Assembly (NCBI GenBank): GCA_965233585.1
Contig: CBDDTI010000729.1
Coordinates: 32,001-96,000, forward strand
Length of the DNA: 64,000 nucleotides
DNA from: a bacterium
Lineage (GTDB): Bacteria; SAR324; NAC60-12
Direction of reading: 5' to 3'
The notes beneath the pieces are model-generated. The model was not told where the DNA came from. It saw only the letters and a list, made by a program, of their open reading frames with translations, and ran no database searches. Shown here piece by piece: positions 9,003 to 19,757 of the stretch. Positions within the stretch are counted from its first letter, which is position 1, and each line of letters starts with the position of its first letter. The translations under genes were made by a program, and so were the position numbers.

Positions 9003-10013
9003 ATGCAATCACTCAAATCTCAAGCGCTAGAACCAACTCAAGCAGAATTGAAACACTTAAGTACTGTTGCAAAGATCATCCGTGTTTTACCGGTTTATGG
9101 TTTACCCATTTTGACTTTGTTCTTGATCTTTTTGTTTTCTATTTTACTTCCTGATACCTTTCCAACGTTGCTCAATCTACGTGCTTTGCTTGCTGATAAA
9201 TCTATCATTGCTTTACTTTCGCTAGCCGCTATGATTCCGATGGTAGCAGGTCGGATTGACTTAACTGTGGGGTATGGTATTGTGCTTTGGCATATTTTGG
9301 CTATCAGCTTACAAACCATGTTGGGATTGCATTGGATTCTTGCGGTTATCGTTGTCATTTTATTAGGAGCCATAGTCGGTTTTTGCAATGGACTACTGGT
9401 GGAAGTGGCTCAAATTGACAGTTTTATTGCTACTTTAGGCACAGGAACTGTGATGTATGCTTTGGCACTTTGGCATACAGGAGGTCGTCAAGTCGTTGGA
9501 ACGTTACCCGATGGATTTTATGCCTTAAGTATCACTTTCATTTTTGGCATACCAATTTTTGCCTTTTATGTGATGGTAATCACTGTTTTGATGTGGGTAG
9601 TTTTCAGTCACTTACCAGTTGGTCGTTACATGTATGCGATTGGTGCGAATCAACGTTCTGCCGAACTCAACGGGATTCCCACTAAAAAATATGTGATTGC
9701 TGCTTTTGTTGCATCTAGTGTCTTAACTGCTTTAACAGGGGTTTTGCTTGCAGCAAAGTTAAGAATTGGTCAAGCCTCAGTTGGGCTAGAATATTTGCTA
9801 CCAGCACTCGTTGGAGCATTTTTAGGCTCAACAACGATCAAACCCGGACGCGTCAACGTCTGGGGAACGATCATTGGTGTCACGATCCTCGCTGTTGGAA
9901 TTTCTGGTATTCAACAATTTGGAGGATCATTTTGGGTTGAACCATTGTTCAATGGTGCAACGTTATTAGTGGCTATTGGAATTGCAGGCTACGCGCAACG
10001 CAAGAAGCGTTAG
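9003..10013 (+). CDS. Sugar ABC transporter permease (RbsC-like)
   Basis: GRIDLTVG, IDSFIATLG, GRYMYAIGAN..AELNGI; multiple TM helices. Confidence 0.93.
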   Translation: MQSLKSQALEPTQAELKHLSTVAKIIRVLPVYGLPILTLFLIFLFSILLPDTFPTLLNLRALLADKSIIALLSLAAMIPMVAGRIDLTVGYGIVLWHILAISLQTMLGLHWILAVIVVILLGAIVGFCNGLLVEVAQIDSFIATLGTGTVMYALALWHTGGRQVVGTLPDGFYALSITFIFGIPIFAFYVMVITVLMWVVFSHLPVGRYMYAIGANQRSAELNGIPTKKYVIAAFVASSVLTALTGVLLAAKLRIGQASVGLEYLLPALVGAFLGSTTIKPGRVNVWGTIIGVTILAVGISGIQQFGGSFWVEPLFNGATLLVAIGIAGYAQRKKR

Positions 10014-10056
10014 CCTCACCATAGCTGATGTTTTAAACTTTAAATATGGTTAAATT

Positions 10057-11151
10057 ATGATGTTATCTATCAAAAAAATAGTTGCTTGCATGTTATCTTG
10101 TAGCACGATGACAATCACTGCGGTTTATGCTGATGCCGTTTCTGATGCAATGGCATCGGTGAAAAAACATGCTGGACGCAAAACTCAATGGGACGGTCCT
10201 ACTTCAGGACCCAAAGCACAGCAGGATAAAATGATTGTTGTTTTAGCTGCTGATATGAAAAATGGTGGGATTCTTGGCGTCACTGAAGGCATTCAAGAAG
10301 CAGCTGAGACGATTGGCTGGAAAGTCCGCATTCTTGATGGAGCAGGTTCAGTTTCTGGACGTACTGCAATCTTAGGGCAAGCCTTAGCCCTTCAGCCTGA
10401 TGGTTTGGTGATTATGTTTGATGCTGTTGAGCAACAAGCTGGAATTGAATCAGCAAGAAAAGCTGGGATTCCGATGGTTTCATGGCACGGTTCATCAGTC
10501 ATTGGTCCTGATGAAAAATACGGAATCTTCACCAATGTTTCTACAGACCCCATGATTGTTTCTGATTCTGCGGCACAATGGGCTTTTGCTGATGCAGGAG
10601 GAAAACCGGGAGTGGTGATTTTTACAGATTCTACTTATCAAATTGCCATTGATAAAGCAGATCGTATGGAAGCGATGATCAAGAAATTAGGAGGAACCGT
10701 TTTGGAATATGTAGATACTCCTATTGCTGACACTTCTACGCGTATGGGACCTTTAACCACATCGCTTTTGCAAAAATACGGTAGCCGATGGACTCATTCT
10801 TTAGCCATCAATGATATTTACTTTGATTTTATGGGTCCAGCATTAGCAGCTGCAGGAATATCAGGGGATGGTTCTCCTAAGTCTGTTGCAGCAGGTGATG
10901 GCTCTCGCTCGGCTTATCAACGCATTCGTGCCAACCGTTATCAAGCAGTTACAGTTGCAGAACCTTTGAATTTGCAAGGATGGCAGTTGATTGATGAATT
11001 GAATCGTGCTTTCAATGGTGAATCGTGGTCAGGATACACTTCTCCTTTGCATGTTGTTACCGCTGAAAATATTAAATTTGACGGAGGTCCAAACAATCTT
11101 TTTGATCCCGATAATGGCTACCGAAAAGAGTATCAAAAGATTTGGAAATAG
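10057..11151 (+). CDS. Sugar ABC transporter substrate-binding protein
   Basis: Signal peptide and periplasmic binding protein type 1 features (WDGPTSGP, QPDGLV, LAINDIYFD, TVAEPL); operon context. Confidence 0.9.
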   Translation: MMLSIKKIVACMLSCSTMTITAVYADAVSDAMASVKKHAGRKTQWDGPTSGPKAQQDKMIVVLAADMKNGGILGVTEGIQEAAETIGWKVRILDGAGSVSGRTAILGQALALQPDGLVIMFDAVEQQAGIESARKAGIPMVSWHGSSVIGPDEKYGIFTNVSTDPMIVSDSAAQWAFADAGGKPGVVIFTDSTYQIAIDKADRMEAMIKKLGGTVLEYVDTPIADTSTRMGPLTTSLLQKYGSRWTHSLAINDIYFDFMGPALAAAGISGDGSPKSVAAGDGSRSAYQRIRANRYQAVTVAEPLNLQGWQLIDELNRAFNGESWSGYTSPLHVVTAENIKFDGGPNNLFDPDNGYRKEYQKIWK

Positions 11152-11164
11152 CTGAGTGACTCGC

Positions 11165-11196
11165 TGCAGAAAAACTTAGACATAAGTTTTTCTGCA
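11165..11196 (+). terminator. Perfect 14-bp stem-loop after the SBP gene (terminator or mRNA stabiliser)
   Basis: tgcagaaaaactta-gaca-taagtttttctgca; no U-tract on the + strand. Confidence 0.6.
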
Positions 11197-11221
11197 AAAA
11201 TTCTTCAATCTAAAACTTAAA

Positions 11222-11530
11222 ATGATCAATTATGAAAGGATTCAAACGGAGTGTTTTTGGGATTTCAATTTCACTAATGAAGAACTAGAAGCTATTGCAA
11301 AAGGAAAAAATCAAGCTGAAAAAAAATTTTTATTTGAAAAAATTTTATTGAATAGTACCAAGTTTTTAGTAGATTTAACCATCTTTTCACTTGAGGATTT
11401 AAAACATCTACTGCAACAGTATCAAATTTCTCAATTCAACTCTCATTTTGCTTTTAGAAGAAAAAATATGGCAGAATTTTTTTTCTTTGATCAAGAACTG
11501 CTTGTCAAAGAATTGCAATGGGAGGAATAA
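11222..11530 (+). CDS. Small protein, probable antitoxin partner of AbiEii (DUF6922-like)
   Basis: 102 aa with an ECFWDF motif; overlaps the downstream AbiEii gene. Confidence 0.6.
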   Translation: MINYERIQTECFWDFNFTNEELEAIAKGKNQAEKKFLFEKILLNSTKFLVDLTIFSLEDLKHLLQQYQISQFNSHFAFRRKNMAEFFFFDQELLVKELQWEE

Positions 11531-12183
11531 ACTATCAACACTTGTATGAATTACAAGATCAGGTTTTACCAATCGTTTTTCAAACGGAAAGAGAGTTTTA
11601 TCTGACAGGAGGAACTTGTTTGAATCGCTTTTACCATGAAAAAAGGTATTCTGATGATTTGGATTTTTTCACCAATCAATCTCCAAGATATAGATTTGCC
11701 ATTCGGAATATCAAGATGGCACTACAACAAGAATTTGAAGTGGAGTCAGTCATTGAAGACAAATGCTTTACTAGATTTAAAATCAATCAGTCTTTACAAA
11801 TTGATTTTGTCAATGATGTTGGTTCAACGTATAAAAATGTGATTCTTTTAGAAAATCATTATCTCATTGATCATGTGGAAAATATTCTTAGTAATAAGTT
11901 GACTGCTATTCTTGGTAGAGATAATCCAAAAGATGTTTTTGATATTTATTTGATCGCAAAGTATTATTCTTTTTCATGGAAAGAGATATTGCATTCTGCC
12001 CATGACAAAATGCAGTTTTCTAATGATGATTTAGTAATCAAACTCAAAAGTTTTCCTCAACAATTATTGAATAAACTGGATTTAGTAGATGTTCATTTTT
12101 TAGAGAATTTTGAAGAACATTTTTCAAAAATTATTGATGAAATCAATCATCTCAAAGTTCATCAATCCTTCATTTCATCATAA
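11518..12183 (+). CDS. AbiEii/AbiGii family nucleotidyltransferase toxin
   Basis: FYLTGGTCL..YHEKRYSDDLDFF, IDFV, ILSNKLTAILGRDNPKDVFDIY. Confidence 0.9.
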   Translation: MGGINYQHLYELQDQVLPIVFQTEREFYLTGGTCLNRFYHEKRYSDDLDFFTNQSPRYRFAIRNIKMALQQEFEVESVIEDKCFTRFKINQSLQIDFVNDVGSTYKNVILLENHYLIDHVENILSNKLTAILGRDNPKDVFDIYLIAKYYSFSWKEILHSAHDKMQFSNDDLVIKLKSFPQQLLNKLDLVDVHFLENFEEHFSKIIDEINHLKVHQSFISS

Positions 12184-12186
12184 ATT

Positions 12187-13674
12187 ATGAAATCTCAACT
12201 CTCGTTTCATTCTATTTCTAAGGCATTTGGAGGAACGCAAGCCCTGCGTGAGGTCAGTATGGAAATAGAAGGTGGAGAGATTGTAGCATTGCTGGGAGAA
12301 AATGGAGCAGGAAAATCTACTTTGATCAAAATTTTAGGAGGGATTTATCAATCTGATCAAGGTCAGGTTTTGGTCAATCAACAACCTTATCGTCATAAAA
12401 CTGGGAATCTCAATACCAAACAAGAAGTCGCTTTCATTCATCAAGATTTGGGCTTAATTGAATGGATGAGTATTGCTGAAAATATGGCAATGGCTCAAGG
12501 TTATCCTAAACATTTTTTAGGTCGGATTTGTTGGAAATCTTGCCAATCTTTTGCCACTCAAGCACTCCAACGGATTGGTGTTGAATTTGATCCAACAGCA
12601 CGTATTCAATCGCTCACACGGGCAGAAAAATCTATGGTAGCGATTGCCCGTGCAATTGCAGTTCAATGTCACTTTCTCGTGTTAGATGAACCCAGTGCCA
12701 GCCTTCCAGAAACTGATGTTCAACTGTTGTTTGAGATATTGAAGCAACTGAAGAAAGATGGTGTTGGTATGATTTATGTGTCTCATCGGCTTGATGAAAT
12801 CTTTCAAATTGCTGATCGTGTAGTAGTTCTTCGCGATGGTCAAGTGGCAGGTGAACGCAAAATCAATCAAACTCATGCTAAAGAATTGATTCATTTGATT
12901 GTAGGGCATGAACCTAAAGTTTTTGACAAATCTGAAACGTCCAAAGCAAGCGTTCCTGTTTTAGAGGTGAAAAACCTTTGTTCTCACAATGCAGGACCAG
13001 TGAGCTTTAACATCAATCTTGGTGAAATTGTAGGCTTAGTGGGATTGCGTGGAGCAGGGCAAGAAGTGATTGGACGTTGTTTGTTTGGTGATCTGGAATT
13101 TGAGGGCGAAGTCTATTTGTCTGGTCAAAACTTTCAACCACACTCTCCAAGAGAAGCCATGAAATACGGTGTTGCTTTGATTGCTGGGGATCGTGTAGTG
13201 GAATCCAACTTAACACATTTGACAATACGTGAAAATATTTTTGTCAATTTAAAAGCCTTAGGGCATCCACTTTACTCTTGGCGTTCTTTGAAAAAAGAAA
13301 AAGAAGAGGCACATCAAGTTGGAAAAACTGTAGGAGTCCAACCGAATAGCTCTGAACTTCCCATAGAATTTTTATCTGGAGGTAATCAACAGAAAGTCAT
13401 TGTAGGACGTTGGTTGCAGACGAAAAGTCGTGTTTTGATTGCAGAAGACCCCACTGCTGGGGTTGATGTTGGAGCAAAAACAGAAATTTATGAGTTGTTC
13501 AATCAAATCACTCAACAAGGAGTGACCGTCATTATCATTTCCACAGATTTTGAAGAAATCAGCACTATCTGTCATCGTGCTATTGTGTTGAGTGATGGCA
13601 AAATTGCAACAGAACTTTCAGGAAACGCTTTGAACACCAAATCGCTCATTCAAGCAAGTTGTATCCTTCGGTAG
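12187..13674 (+). CDS. Sugar ABC transporter ATP-binding protein (two ABC domains, RbsA-like)
   Basis: GENGAGKST, LVLDEPS, VSHRLDE, LSGGNQQK, PTAGVDVGAK. Confidence 0.95.
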   Translation: MKSQLSFHSISKAFGGTQALREVSMEIEGGEIVALLGENGAGKSTLIKILGGIYQSDQGQVLVNQQPYRHKTGNLNTKQEVAFIHQDLGLIEWMSIAENMAMAQGYPKHFLGRICWKSCQSFATQALQRIGVEFDPTARIQSLTRAEKSMVAIARAIAVQCHFLVLDEPSASLPETDVQLLFEILKQLKKDGVGMIYVSHRLDEIFQIADRVVVLRDGQVAGERKINQTHAKELIHLIVGHEPKVFDKSETSKASVPVLEVKNLCSHNAGPVSFNINLGEIVGLVGLRGAGQEVIGRCLFGDLEFEGEVYLSGQNFQPHSPREAMKYGVALIAGDRVVESNLTHLTIRENIFVNLKALGHPLYSWRSLKKEKEEAHQVGKTVGVQPNSSELPIEFLSGGNQQKVIVGRWLQTKSRVLIAEDPTAGVDVGAKTEIYELFNQITQQGVTVIIISTDFEEISTICHRAIVLSDGKIATELSGNALNTKSLIQASCILR

Positions 13675-13809
13675 TAAGGAAGTAGAGTTTTTTGCAAATC
13701 ATCAACTTTTTAAAATCTTTTCAAAAAAGTTTTGATGACATAGAAAATTGATGCGAAAAGACAATATGAAGAAGTCTCTAATTTGAAAATAAAATTTATA
13801 AGATTGAAT

Positions 13810-14256
13810 ATGAAAACAAATAAAATTTTATGTATTTCTATTTTACTGATGATGTCCTCTTGTAGTGGAAAAGAACCAACAAATATAGGAGTTCAAAACG
13901 AAAAGCTGTCTCTCTGTCCTGATACTCCTAATTGTGTGTGTAGTCAATGTCTTGAAGAAGATAAAGTCCATTACATACAACCCTTCATTTATCAACAGTC
14001 ATTAGAAGAGGTTTATGAGAGTCTTGTCCAAACCATAGAATCTGACAAAAGTGCAAAAATCAAGACAAAAGACTCTAATTACATTTATGTTCAGTACACT
14101 TCTAAGATCTTTCGTTTTGTGGATGACGTTGAATTTTACTTTCCACCAGATGAGAAAATTGTTCATGTGCGGTCAGCTTCACGGATTGGTAAATCAGACT
14201 TGGGCGTCAATCGGGAAAGAATAGAAAAATTAAGAAAAAGTATCGCAAAATTTTAA
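13810..14256 (+). CDS. DUF1499 family lipoprotein
   Basis: Lipobox MSSC; CPDTPNCVCSQ, FRFVDDVEF, VHVRSASRIGKSDLGVNRERIE. Confidence 0.9.
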   Translation: MKTNKILCISILLMMSSCSGKEPTNIGVQNEKLSLCPDTPNCVCSQCLEEDKVHYIQPFIYQQSLEEVYESLVQTIESDKSAKIKTKDSNYIYVQYTSKIFRFVDDVEFYFPPDEKIVHVRSASRIGKSDLGVNRERIEKLRKSIAKF

Positions 14257-14385
14257 AAATTGGAATAAAAAAAGATACACCACTTATCAAGCTATTTTTG
14301 GTTTAGATAAAAACATCCCGGAAATCAAATTGTAAAACACTAAGTATTAAATTGAAATAAGAAACATTTTAAAAAACAAAACAAT

Positions 14386-15291
14386 ATGACTTATCAAATC
14401 AAACTAGAATGTGAAATTCAAAATTTTGTAGGTGAAAGTCCTACGTATTCTTATCAAAATCATCAACTGTACTGGGTAGATGTGAAAGGAGGAAGTGTGC
14501 ATCAATTGGATTTAAAAACTCAACAACGAGAAGATTTTTTAATGCCTTATGTCTGTCCCTTTTTAGCTCTCACCCAAAATCAAGAAGATTTACTTGTTGG
14601 ACTAAAACGGTCTATCTATCAATTCAATATCAAAACTCAACAACTCAATAAAATGACAGAAGTAGAACCTGATTTATTCCAAAATCGTTTTAATGATGCT
14701 AAATGTGATCCAAAAGGAAGGTTATGGTTTTCTACTATGAAAAATAACTTTGGAGATGACGGAGAAGATTTACCTATTGATGAAAAAACAGGCAGTCTTT
14801 ATTGCTTGGATACCAATTTAGAATGTCGTCATATTGAAAGTCATTTTGGCATTCCTAACACCGTAGCCTTCAGTCCAGACCACCAGAAATTTTATTTAGG
14901 AGATAGCCTTTCTAATTTACTTTTTGTTTATGATTTTGATGTAGAACAAGGGATAATTTCTAATAAAAAAGAATTTGCAAAAAATTTAGATCAAGGACAT
15001 TTAGATGGTTCTGCAATGGATGAGGAAGGTTGTTTATGGAACACGCATTGGGGGTCTTCTAAAATTGTGAGATATTCCCCTAGTGGTGAAATTTTAGAAG
15101 AAGTCGTCATGCCTGTGCCTGCTCCTTCTAGTTGTGCCTTTGGAGGTGATGATATGAAAACCCTTTATGTAACCACTGCACGAGAAACTTTAACTCAACA
15201 AGAATTAGAAAAATATCCACTTTCAGGAAGTATTTTTTCTTTTCAAACTGATGTTGCAGGTGTTGAAGTTTCTCATTTTCAAGGAGAATGA
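14386..15291 (+). CDS. SMP-30/gluconolactonase family sugar lactonase
   Basis: VGESP, LYWVD, NRFNDAKCDPKGR, IPNTVAFSPD, DGSAMDEEG, CAFGG..LYVTTA. Confidence 0.93.
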   Translation: MTYQIKLECEIQNFVGESPTYSYQNHQLYWVDVKGGSVHQLDLKTQQREDFLMPYVCPFLALTQNQEDLLVGLKRSIYQFNIKTQQLNKMTEVEPDLFQNRFNDAKCDPKGRLWFSTMKNNFGDDGEDLPIDEKTGSLYCLDTNLECRHIESHFGIPNTVAFSPDHQKFYLGDSLSNLLFVYDFDVEQGIISNKKEFAKNLDQGHLDGSAMDEEGCLWNTHWGSSKIVRYSPSGEILEEVVMPVPAPSSCAFGGDDMKTLYVTTARETLTQQELEKYPLSGSIFSFQTDVAGVEVSHFQGE

Positions 15292-16229
15292 CCATGAAAA
15301 ATGATGTTTTAGTTTTGATGGAAAAATGCTCACACTGCCTGAGCTTTTATGACTTAGAAAGTGGAAATCAAATCAGTAGTATTCCACTAGAAAACTACCC
15401 ACATGAGTTTGTAGTAGATCATCAAGAAAAGTATGCGTATGCTGCTTATTATGGTGTCTTAAATTCTGGAGTAGAAGGAACTCATGGCAATAAAGTTTTT
15501 ATTATTGATTTAGCTCAACAGAAAATTGCTAAAATTTTGAGTTTTAAAAATTATAGAAGGTTGCATGGAATCACCATAGATAGAAACGGAAGGCTTTATG
15601 TTTTGAGTGAAAACAACCATTACTTAATGATTAAAAATCAGCCTTTAGAAGGAGATACTTTTGATAGATTTATTCCTACAGGAGGGGAACGTGGTCATTT
15701 GATGGCAGTCAATCAACAAGGCACCAAAGCCTTTACTATGAACATTCGTTCTCATAATGTGAGCTATTTAGATTTGAGTCAAAAAAATACTCCACCTGTT
15801 ATCATTGAAACAGGTTATCAAAAGCCTGAAGGCTTTACTTTTAATGCTGATGAATCCAAACTTTATGTAACCAATCGTTTGAGTGATAGAATCAGCATCA
15901 TAGATACCAAGACCTTAAAAGTCATAGAATCCTTTCCTGCCAGAAAAGACCCATTGCGAATGAAGTATTTTAAGGAGCAGTTGATAGTCATCAACTTTGG
16001 AGACCAAAGCCTTTCTATTATCAATCCTGAAAATAACCAAGAACTCCAACACATTCCTTTTGATTCTCATCCTCTTTATTTAAGTATTGATGATACAAGA
16101 AAAATGGCGTTTGTCTCATTGTTTAGTAATGAATTAGCAGTATTCAATATGGAAAATTGGAGTTTGATTAAAAAGTTTCAAACGGGCATAGAACCAGACG
16201 TTTCTTATTTAATAAAAGGATCATTATGA
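15288..16229 (+). CDS. YncE/YVTN-like beta-propeller protein
   Basis: Repeated propeller blades (YPHEFVVD, PEGFTFNADESKLYVTN, TGIEPD); no signal peptide; ATGA overlap with the previous gene. Confidence 0.8.
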   Translation: MTMKNDVLVLMEKCSHCLSFYDLESGNQISSIPLENYPHEFVVDHQEKYAYAAYYGVLNSGVEGTHGNKVFIIDLAQQKIAKILSFKNYRRLHGITIDRNGRLYVLSENNHYLMIKNQPLEGDTFDRFIPTGGERGHLMAVNQQGTKAFTMNIRSHNVSYLDLSQKNTPPVIIETGYQKPEGFTFNADESKLYVTNRLSDRISIIDTKTLKVIESFPARKDPLRMKYFKEQLIVINFGDQSLSIINPENNQELQHIPFDSHPLYLSIDDTRKMAFVSLFSNELAVFNMENWSLIKKFQTGIEPDVSYLIKGSL

Positions 16230-17236
16230 AAACAACGATTGCATTAGTTGCAGGAGATACTTGCGGAATTGGACCAGAACTTTTAGCAAAACTGTTAACC
16301 AAAGATGAAACTCAAACAGAAGCAAACCATATCATTGTTGCTGATAAAAGAGTGATTCATCAAGGCATGCAGATTGCGAAAACGACCTTTGATTATGAAG
16401 AAATTAACTCTTTAGAACATTTAGATTTTAGCAAGCATCACACTTTGTTTTATGATACTCAAAAGATGGATCCTGCTCGCGTGCCGATGTCTCAAGAATC
16501 TGCTGATGCAGGAAGAGTGGTGATGGAAGAACTGACTATCGCACTAGACTTAGTACAGGCTAAAAAAGCTCATGCTGTCTGTTTTATGCCTTTGAATAAA
16601 AAAGCAATGAACATGGGAGGCTATGAATATGAAGATGAACTGGCTTATTTTGATAAACATTTGAAAAATCCACACTATTACGGTGAAATCAATGCTTTAA
16701 AAGACCTTTGGACTTCACGAGCGACTTCTCATATTGCATTTAAAGATATTATTGAAAGCCTCACTCCTGAAAGCATTTATCAGCCAATCAAACTGCTTTA
16801 CACCTCCTTACAAAAAGCAGGTTATGGCAAACCTAAAATCTTTGTTGCGGCACTCAATCCACATGCGGGAGACAATGGTTTACATGGTGATGAAGAACGA
16901 GAACTTTTAACTCCTGTCATTCAACAAGCCACAACAGATGGCTACCCTTGTGAAGGACCTTATCCAGCTGATACGATCTTTCTCAAAGCACAAAAAGAAA
17001 AAGCGAATGGAGTGGTCACCATGTACCACGATCAAGGACAGATTGCAATCAAACTGATGGGATTTGACAGAGGCGTCACCATTCATGGTGGTTTTGAAGT
17101 TCCAATCTGCACTCCTGCACATGGAACTGCTTTTGATATTGCAGGGAAAGGTATTGCCGATGTGGGAGCAACCCTAGAAGCCTACAAAATTGCAGTGAAT
17201 ATGGGCAAGACTAGAGCTACACAAAACCAAAATTGA
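16226..17236 (+). CDS. pdxA: PdxA family dehydrogenase (probably catabolic PdxA2-type)
   Basis: GDTCGIGPE, PLNK, ATSHI, ALNPHAGD, PADT, MYHDQGQI, TPAHGTAFDIAGKG. Confidence 0.85.
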   Translation: MKTTIALVAGDTCGIGPELLAKLLTKDETQTEANHIIVADKRVIHQGMQIAKTTFDYEEINSLEHLDFSKHHTLFYDTQKMDPARVPMSQESADAGRVVMEELTIALDLVQAKKAHAVCFMPLNKKAMNMGGYEYEDELAYFDKHLKNPHYYGEINALKDLWTSRATSHIAFKDIIESLTPESIYQPIKLLYTSLQKAGYGKPKIFVAALNPHAGDNGLHGDEERELLTPVIQQATTDGYPCEGPYPADTIFLKAQKEKANGVVTMYHDQGQIAIKLMGFDRGVTIHGGFEVPICTPAHGTAFDIAGKGIADVGATLEAYKIAVNMGKTRATQNQN

Positions 17237-17254
17237 ATTTGAAAAAGAACATTT

Positions 17255-18439
17255 ATGAAAATCACAAAAGTCCAAACCAAACTTTATGAATGGATTGGGG
17301 AAACCGTTCCTCCTGCACAACATTTTTGCACCAATGCTATGGATGCTTTGTGTGAAAAAGCCAATCCCAATCAAGACACAATGAGCAGTTTTAGGTTTCA
17401 TCATTGGTTGGTAGTAGAAGTTCATACAGACACAGGAGAAGTTGGTATCGGCAATGTTGCTTTAGCTCCACCAATAGCTAAAGCCATCATAGATGGCTAT
17501 CTCAAAAAAATGCTCATAGGAGCAAATCCTTTTGATTATGAATACCTTTGGCAAAAGATGTACAGAAGTACGCTTGCCTTTGGAAGAAAAGGAATTGTTC
17601 TAGCAGCAATCAGTGCAGTAGATATTGCGATTTGGGATGTGATGGGCAAAGCACTCAAGATGCCTGTCTTTCAGCTTTTAGGTGGGAAAATCCACGACAA
17701 AATCAGAGTGTATGCCAGTAAACTTTACGCATCACCACTTGATCAACTTCAAGCAGAAGCTCAAAAATATGTGGATGAAGGCTACACTGCTTTTAAAATG
17801 CGATTTGGTTGGGGACAAAAAGATGGTGCATTTGGTATGAAAAAAAACCTAGAACTCGTTGAAGCCATTCGGGAAGTCATCGGGTATGATGCTGATTTGA
17901 TGTGTGAAGCCTACATGGGTTGGGATTTGGATTATGCCAAAAGAATGTTACCAAAATTAAAAGAATACCAAATCCGTTGGTTAGAAGAACCTGTCATTGC
18001 TGATGACATAGGAGGATATGCTCACTTAGCCAGTATGAATCTTGTTCCCATTGCAGGTGGAGAACATGAATTTACGATTTATGGTTTCAAAGACTTGCTG
18101 GAAAGAAAAGCTGTGGATTATATTCAATTTGACACCAACCGCGTTGGTGGAATCACTCAAGCTAAAAAAATCTGCACCCTTGCAGAAGCCTATCAAATTC
18201 CTGTCATTCCTCATGCGGGGCAAATGCACAATTTCCACATTGTCGCTGCGTCTATCATCTCTCCAATGGCAGAATATTTTCCTGTCCATGCAGTAGAAAT
18301 TGGCAACGAACTCTTTTGGTACATTTTTGAGGGCGAACCTAAACCGCAACAAGGCTTCATTCATTTAGATGACCACATGCACGGATTAGGTTTGACTTTA
18401 AGTACACAATACTTAGACCAATTTAAAATCACAATATAA
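17255..18439 (+). CDS. Mandelate racemase/enolase superfamily sugar-acid dehydratase (L-rhamnonate dehydratase-like)
   Basis: [38 protein letters not shown]. Confidence 0.85.
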   Translation: MKITKVQTKLYEWIGETVPPAQHFCTNAMDALCEKANPNQDTMSSFRFHHWLVVEVHTDTGEVGIGNVALAPPIAKAIIDGYLKKMLIGANPFDYEYLWQKMYRSTLAFGRKGIVLAAISAVDIAIWDVMGKALKMPVFQLLGGKIHDKIRVYASKLYASPLDQLQAEAQKYVDEGYTAFKMRFGWGQKDGAFGMKKNLELVEAIREVIGYDADLMCEAYMGWDLDYAKRMLPKLKEYQIRWLEEPVIADDIGGYAHLASMNLVPIAGGEHEFTIYGFKDLLERKAVDYIQFDTNRVGGITQAKKICTLAEAYQIPVIPHAGQMHNFHIVAASIISPMAEYFPVHAVEIGNELFWYIFEGEPKPQQGFIHLDDHMHGLGLTLSTQYLDQFKITI

Positions 18440-18448
18440 CGAACGGTC

Positions 18449-19444
18449 ATGTATCTCATTCAATACAAATCAAAAACTCATCAGCGTACTCAAGTTGGTT
18501 TAGTTCAAGAACAAGGGCATTTCATTGAACGTGTAGGAACTGACCTCACTCTGTATGAAATCGTTCTTTCTTGTATCAAAGAAGGTATCACGATTCAAGA
18601 ATTTGTTGAAAACGCTCAAAAAGGAGAGGTTGTTGCGTACCAAGATTTGTTCAAATCGCAGCGAATTTTACCTCCTATCACTGTACCTGCTCATCAGATG
18701 CTGATCACAGGAACAGGATTAACACATTTAGGCAGTGGACAAACACGAAGTCAAATGCACAGCATAGAAGCAAAGTCACATCAAGAAATGACTGATAGCA
18801 TGAAAATGTTCCAGCTTGGATTAGAAGGAGGAAAGCCCAAAGCAGGTAAAATTGGTGTGCAACCTGAATGGTTTTATAAAGGCAATGGTCTTATTCTCAA
18901 AGCCAGTGGTGAACCTTTGTGTAGTCCTAGTTTTGCATTAGATGGAGGCGAAGAACCAGAATTGGTAGGCATTTACATCGTTTATGAAAACCAAGTCTAT
19001 CGTTTAGGATTTGCCATAGGCAATGAATTTTCAGACCATATTACAGAAAAACAAAATTACTTGTATCTTGCACATTCTAAATTAAGAGAATGTAGCATCG
19101 GACCCGAAATTTATGTAGGAGATTTACCTCAAGACATCAAAGGAAAAACCACCATTACAAGACAAAATGAGGTTTTGTGGGAAAAAGAGTTTTTGACAGG
19201 AGAAGCAAACATGTCTCATTCCATTCATAACTTGGAATACCACCACTTCAAATATGATTTGTTCCAAAACTCTGCAGGAGTTCATCTTCATTTTTTTGGA
19301 ACTTCCACTCTCTCTTTCCAAGACCAAATCCAAATTCAAGCAGGCGATGAAATCACGGTTACAATGGATCCGTTTCATTTTCCACTCACAAACCAAATTC
19401 AAATTTCTCCTGCAAAAGATTTGCAAATCAAAACTCTGTATTGA
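18449..19444 (+). CDS. AraD1/GguC family (FAH superfamily) 2-keto-3-deoxy sugar-acid dehydratase
   Basis: TGTGLTHLGS, TDSMKMF..GLEGGKP, QPEWFYKG, DGGEEPE, NEFSDH..NYLYLAHSKLR, LEYHHFKY. Confidence 0.88.
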   Translation: MYLIQYKSKTHQRTQVGLVQEQGHFIERVGTDLTLYEIVLSCIKEGITIQEFVENAQKGEVVAYQDLFKSQRILPPITVPAHQMLITGTGLTHLGSGQTRSQMHSIEAKSHQEMTDSMKMFQLGLEGGKPKAGKIGVQPEWFYKGNGLILKASGEPLCSPSFALDGGEEPELVGIYIVYENQVYRLGFAIGNEFSDHITEKQNYLYLAHSKLRECSIGPEIYVGDLPQDIKGKTTITRQNEVLWEKEFLTGEANMSHSIHNLEYHHFKYDLFQNSAGVHLHFFGTSTLSFQDQIQIQAGDEITVTMDPFHFPLTNQIQISPAKDLQIKTLY

Positions 19445-19757
19445 CCCATCAACCAGAATCTATCCGTAGAGTAAACTCTAATGAATATGAAAAGTTCATG
19501 TCATGGTCTCTTGTCCAAACTCCTCCAACTTCTACAAGGTTCATCAACTTTGACGTTTTGAATGGTGTCAATCAAAATTTGCTCCTCCCGCCCCATATCT
19601 TCAAAGGAATGTAACTTAAAAGAATTGGTATTTTTCGGCTAAATTATTGTCCAGACACGGTGCTTAACTTTTGGCATGGAACCGATAATAATTGCATGTT
19701 CACACTTAAGGCTTTAGACTAATTCGGTTAATTGAGTGATTGAAATTTGGTGAATTG

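Noticed and set aside
19445..19740. Possible gene remnant or ncRNA in this intergenic gap (also 23580-23800)
   Set aside because: Only short broken frames on the - strand, with no recognisable family or RNA structure.
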